15,510 nt of DNA from an uncultured Deinococcales bacterium (GTDB taxonomy: Bacteria; Deinococcota; Deinococci; Deinococcales; JAAFIG01): the NCBI GenBank assembly GCA_964244895.1, contig CAXTKV010000126.1:1-15510 (forward strand), written 5' to 3'. The notes below the pieces were generated by a model. It saw nothing but the letters and a program-made list of their open reading frames with translations. It searched no databases and was not told the origin of the DNA. Positions 13,490 through 15,510 of the stretch are shown one piece after another; the first letter of the stretch is position 1; each line of letters begins with the position of its first letter. Both the position numbers and the translations under genes were made by a program.

Positions 13490-15510
13490 GGAGTGCGCGC
13501 GCAGAAAATCCGATACGGATTCGGCGCTCAGGGGTTCAGAGAAGAAAAACCCCTGAGCTCGAGCGCAACCCAGTTCGCGCAGCAACTGCGCCTGAGCCTG
13601 GGTCTCGACGCCCTTGGCGACGACATCGCGCCTCATCTCGCGGGCCATACCGACGATCACGCCCAGCAACGGCGGAGCGCTCGAGGAGAACTCGAGTTCG
13701 CGCACGAACGTCCGGTCGATCTTGAGCGTGTCCACCGGCAAGCGCTGCAAGTACCCCAGAGAAAACGCGTCGTGACCGAAATCGTCAATCGCCAGCCGCA
13801 CGCCGAGCGCGCCCAGCACGGTCGTGTGGCGGCTGGCCGTCTGCGACTGGCGCATCAGCGCGCCCTCGGAGAGTTCGAGTTCGAGGCGCTCGGGCGCGAA
13901 GCCCGCGTGCTCGAGCGCGCGCATCACGGTCGCGGCGAAATCGGTGCGGCGAAACTGCAAGGCCGAGACGTTGACCGCGACCCGAGGGCCAGTCTGCGCT
14001 TCCTTGGCTGGCCAACCGCTGGCCTGACGGAGCGCCTCGCCCAGCACCCACGCACCGATCGGTGCGATCAGCCCCTGCGCCTCGGCGATGCCCAAAAAGA
14101 CATCCGGGCCGAGCGCGCCCAGACTCGGGTGACGCCAGCGCAGCAACGCCTCGAGCGACACGACCGCGTTGGTGCGCAAATCGAATTGCGGCTGAAATTC
14201 CAGGAAGAACTCGCCGCGCTCCAGCGCGCCCTCGAGCGATGACTGAAGCTCAGCGTCGCGCACCTGGACGGGTTCGTGTAACCCGATGCGTTCGCCGCCG
14301 TCGCGCGCGCGGCGCAATTCCGCTTCGGCGTTCGCCAGGAGCGTCTGCGCGTTCTCGCCGTCCGTCGGGTAAAGGCTGACCCCCGCCCGAGCGCCCACGA
14401 CCAGCGTGTGCCGCTCGAACTTCATCGGCGATTCGACGGCGTTGAGGAGCTTATTCACGATCCTGGCGGTCGTGTCCGCTTCGCGCAGTCCGGGCAGCAG
14501 CGCCGCGAAAGCCCCGAAACCCCAGCGCGCCACCGTGTCGCTGCCGCGCAAGCCCGAGCGCAAACGGTGCGCGGCTTCCTGCATGACGGTCACGAAGGCC
14601 GCCTCGCCGAGCGTCCGGGCGACATCGTCGAGCCCCTCGAGTTCGATCAGCACCAGCGTCAAGGGTCGCGCGTTGCGGCCCGATTGCACCAGCAATTGCT
14701 CGAGCCGATCCATCACCAGCGCCCGACCCGGCAGGGCCGTGATCGGGTCGAGCAACACTTCGTCGGATGCCTCGTTTTCCTCGAGCGTCCCGATGACCGC
14801 GACCGCACCGTCGGCGTCACCGATCTGGTTGTTCATCGGTGAAACCCTGACCTCGAATCTCGCACCCTCCCGCGCCAGCGACCTCAACTCGAGTTGCGCG
14901 GTCTGCCCCTCGAGCGCGCGCTGCACGGCTTGAGTCAGACCGAAAGGCGCCTGGAGATCATCCAGCGATTTGCCCAGGCTGGTGTTCGCGTCCAGCCCCG
15001 CGTCCGCGAGCATCCGCCCCAACGCCAGCGTCACCCGTCCCGAACCATCAAACGTCACCAGGCCCAGCTTCGCGCCGCTGATCGCCCGCTCCAGGCCCGC
15101 TCGCGTCTCAAAACGCGCCGCCGCCAGCCGTTGCGCCGCGCGTTTCTCGAGCATGTCGGTGCGCGCCAAGGCCATGCCCAGCTCGAATTGCGCGGCGGCG
15201 ATCGCGGCCATTTCCGCCAGCAGCACCTGCTGGCTCGTGCTGAATTCAGGTCGCGGTCGGGTATCCATGACGCACAGCGTGCCCAGGCTGAACCCATCCT
15301 GGCTCCTGAGCGGCGCGGCGGCGTAAAAACGGATGCCGGGCGCACCCGTCACGGCGGGGTGTTGCGCGAAACGCGCGCTCGAGCGCAAATCCCCCAGCAC
15401 GGTCGCGGCAGTCACCTGCGCGAACGGCCAGCCCGCCACCGCCTCGAGCCCGTGCGCGACCGTCAGCGGCACGCCCGCATCGGTGATCGCGGATGCCAAC
15501 GCGAACGGCA
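13466..15510 (-). CDS. GAF-PAS-GGDEF-EAL protein with degenerate catalytic motifs; 5' end lies outside the window
   Basis: GAF: PGIRFYAAAPL..DG..LGTLCVMD..PR. GGDEF-like: DPITALPGR...DTVARWGFGAF. EAL: FQPQ..LEALLRW.HP, VAVNVS..Q, LELELSE, IDDFG, LKIDR, AQGFFFSEP. The frame stays open to the window edge. Confidence 0.9.
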   Translation of the reverse strand, partial: PFALASAITDAGVPLTVAHGLEAVAGWPFAQVTAATVLGDLRSSARFAQHPAVTGAPGIRFYAAAPLRSQDGFSLGTLCVMDTRPRPEFSTSQQVLLAEMAAIAAAQFELGMALARTDMLEKRAAQRLAAARFETRAGLERAISGAKLGLVTFDGSGRVTLALGRMLADAGLDANTSLGKSLDDLQAPFGLTQAVQRALEGQTAQLELRSLAREGARFEVRVSPMNNQIGDADGAVAVIGTLEENEASDEVLLDPITALPGRALVMDRLEQLLVQSGRNARPLTLVLIELEGLDDVARTLGEAAFVTVMQEAAHRLRSGLRGSDTVARWGFGAFAALLPGLREADTTARIVNKLLNAVESPMKFERHTLVVGARAGVSLYPTDGENAQTLLANAEAELRRARDGGERIGLHEPVQVRDAELQSSLEGALERGEFFLEFQPQFDLRTNAVVSLEALLRWRHPSLGALGPDVFLGIAEAQGLIAPIGAWVLGEALRQASGWPAKEAQTGPRVAVNVSALQFRRTDFAATVMRALEHAGFAPERLELELSEGALMRQSQTASRHTTVLGALGVRLAIDDFGHDAFSLGYLQRLPVDTLKIDRTFVRELEFSSSAPPLLGVIVGMAREMRRDVVAKGVETQAQAQLLRELGCARAQGFFFSEPLSAESVSDFLRAHSTPSSARE

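Overview
GC-rich bacterial chromosomal window, most likely Deinococcota (inferred from leaderless TAnnnT-to-start-codon genes, a perfect RDRM/DdrO-type palindrome and very frequent CTCGAG). Genes, left to right: trmL (-); VOC/glyoxalase (+); a ~1650-aa DUF4132-type protein preceded by a small protein ending in Gly-Gly (-); DUF427, a hypothetical protein, SCP2 and EVE proteins (-); an anti-sigma and ECF sigma pair (-); a secreted protein (-); and a 5'-truncated, catalytically degenerate GAF-PAS-GGDEF-EAL protein (-). The non-coding sequence is the most informative part. (1) An RDRM lies directly upstream of the ubiquitin-like/DUF4132 pair, a candidate uncharacterised DNA-damage-induced module. 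(2) Four exact TGAACC-N16-CGTA ECF-type promoters occur near the sigma gene, and one precedes a candidate C-rich small RNA. (3) A constant-length 44-bp palindromic element family is dispersed through the window and has also entered coding sequence. (4) CTCGAG is over-represented in a HIP1-like way. (5) The left edge may hold the 3' end of a structured RNA. All family assignments are by eye; no searches were run.
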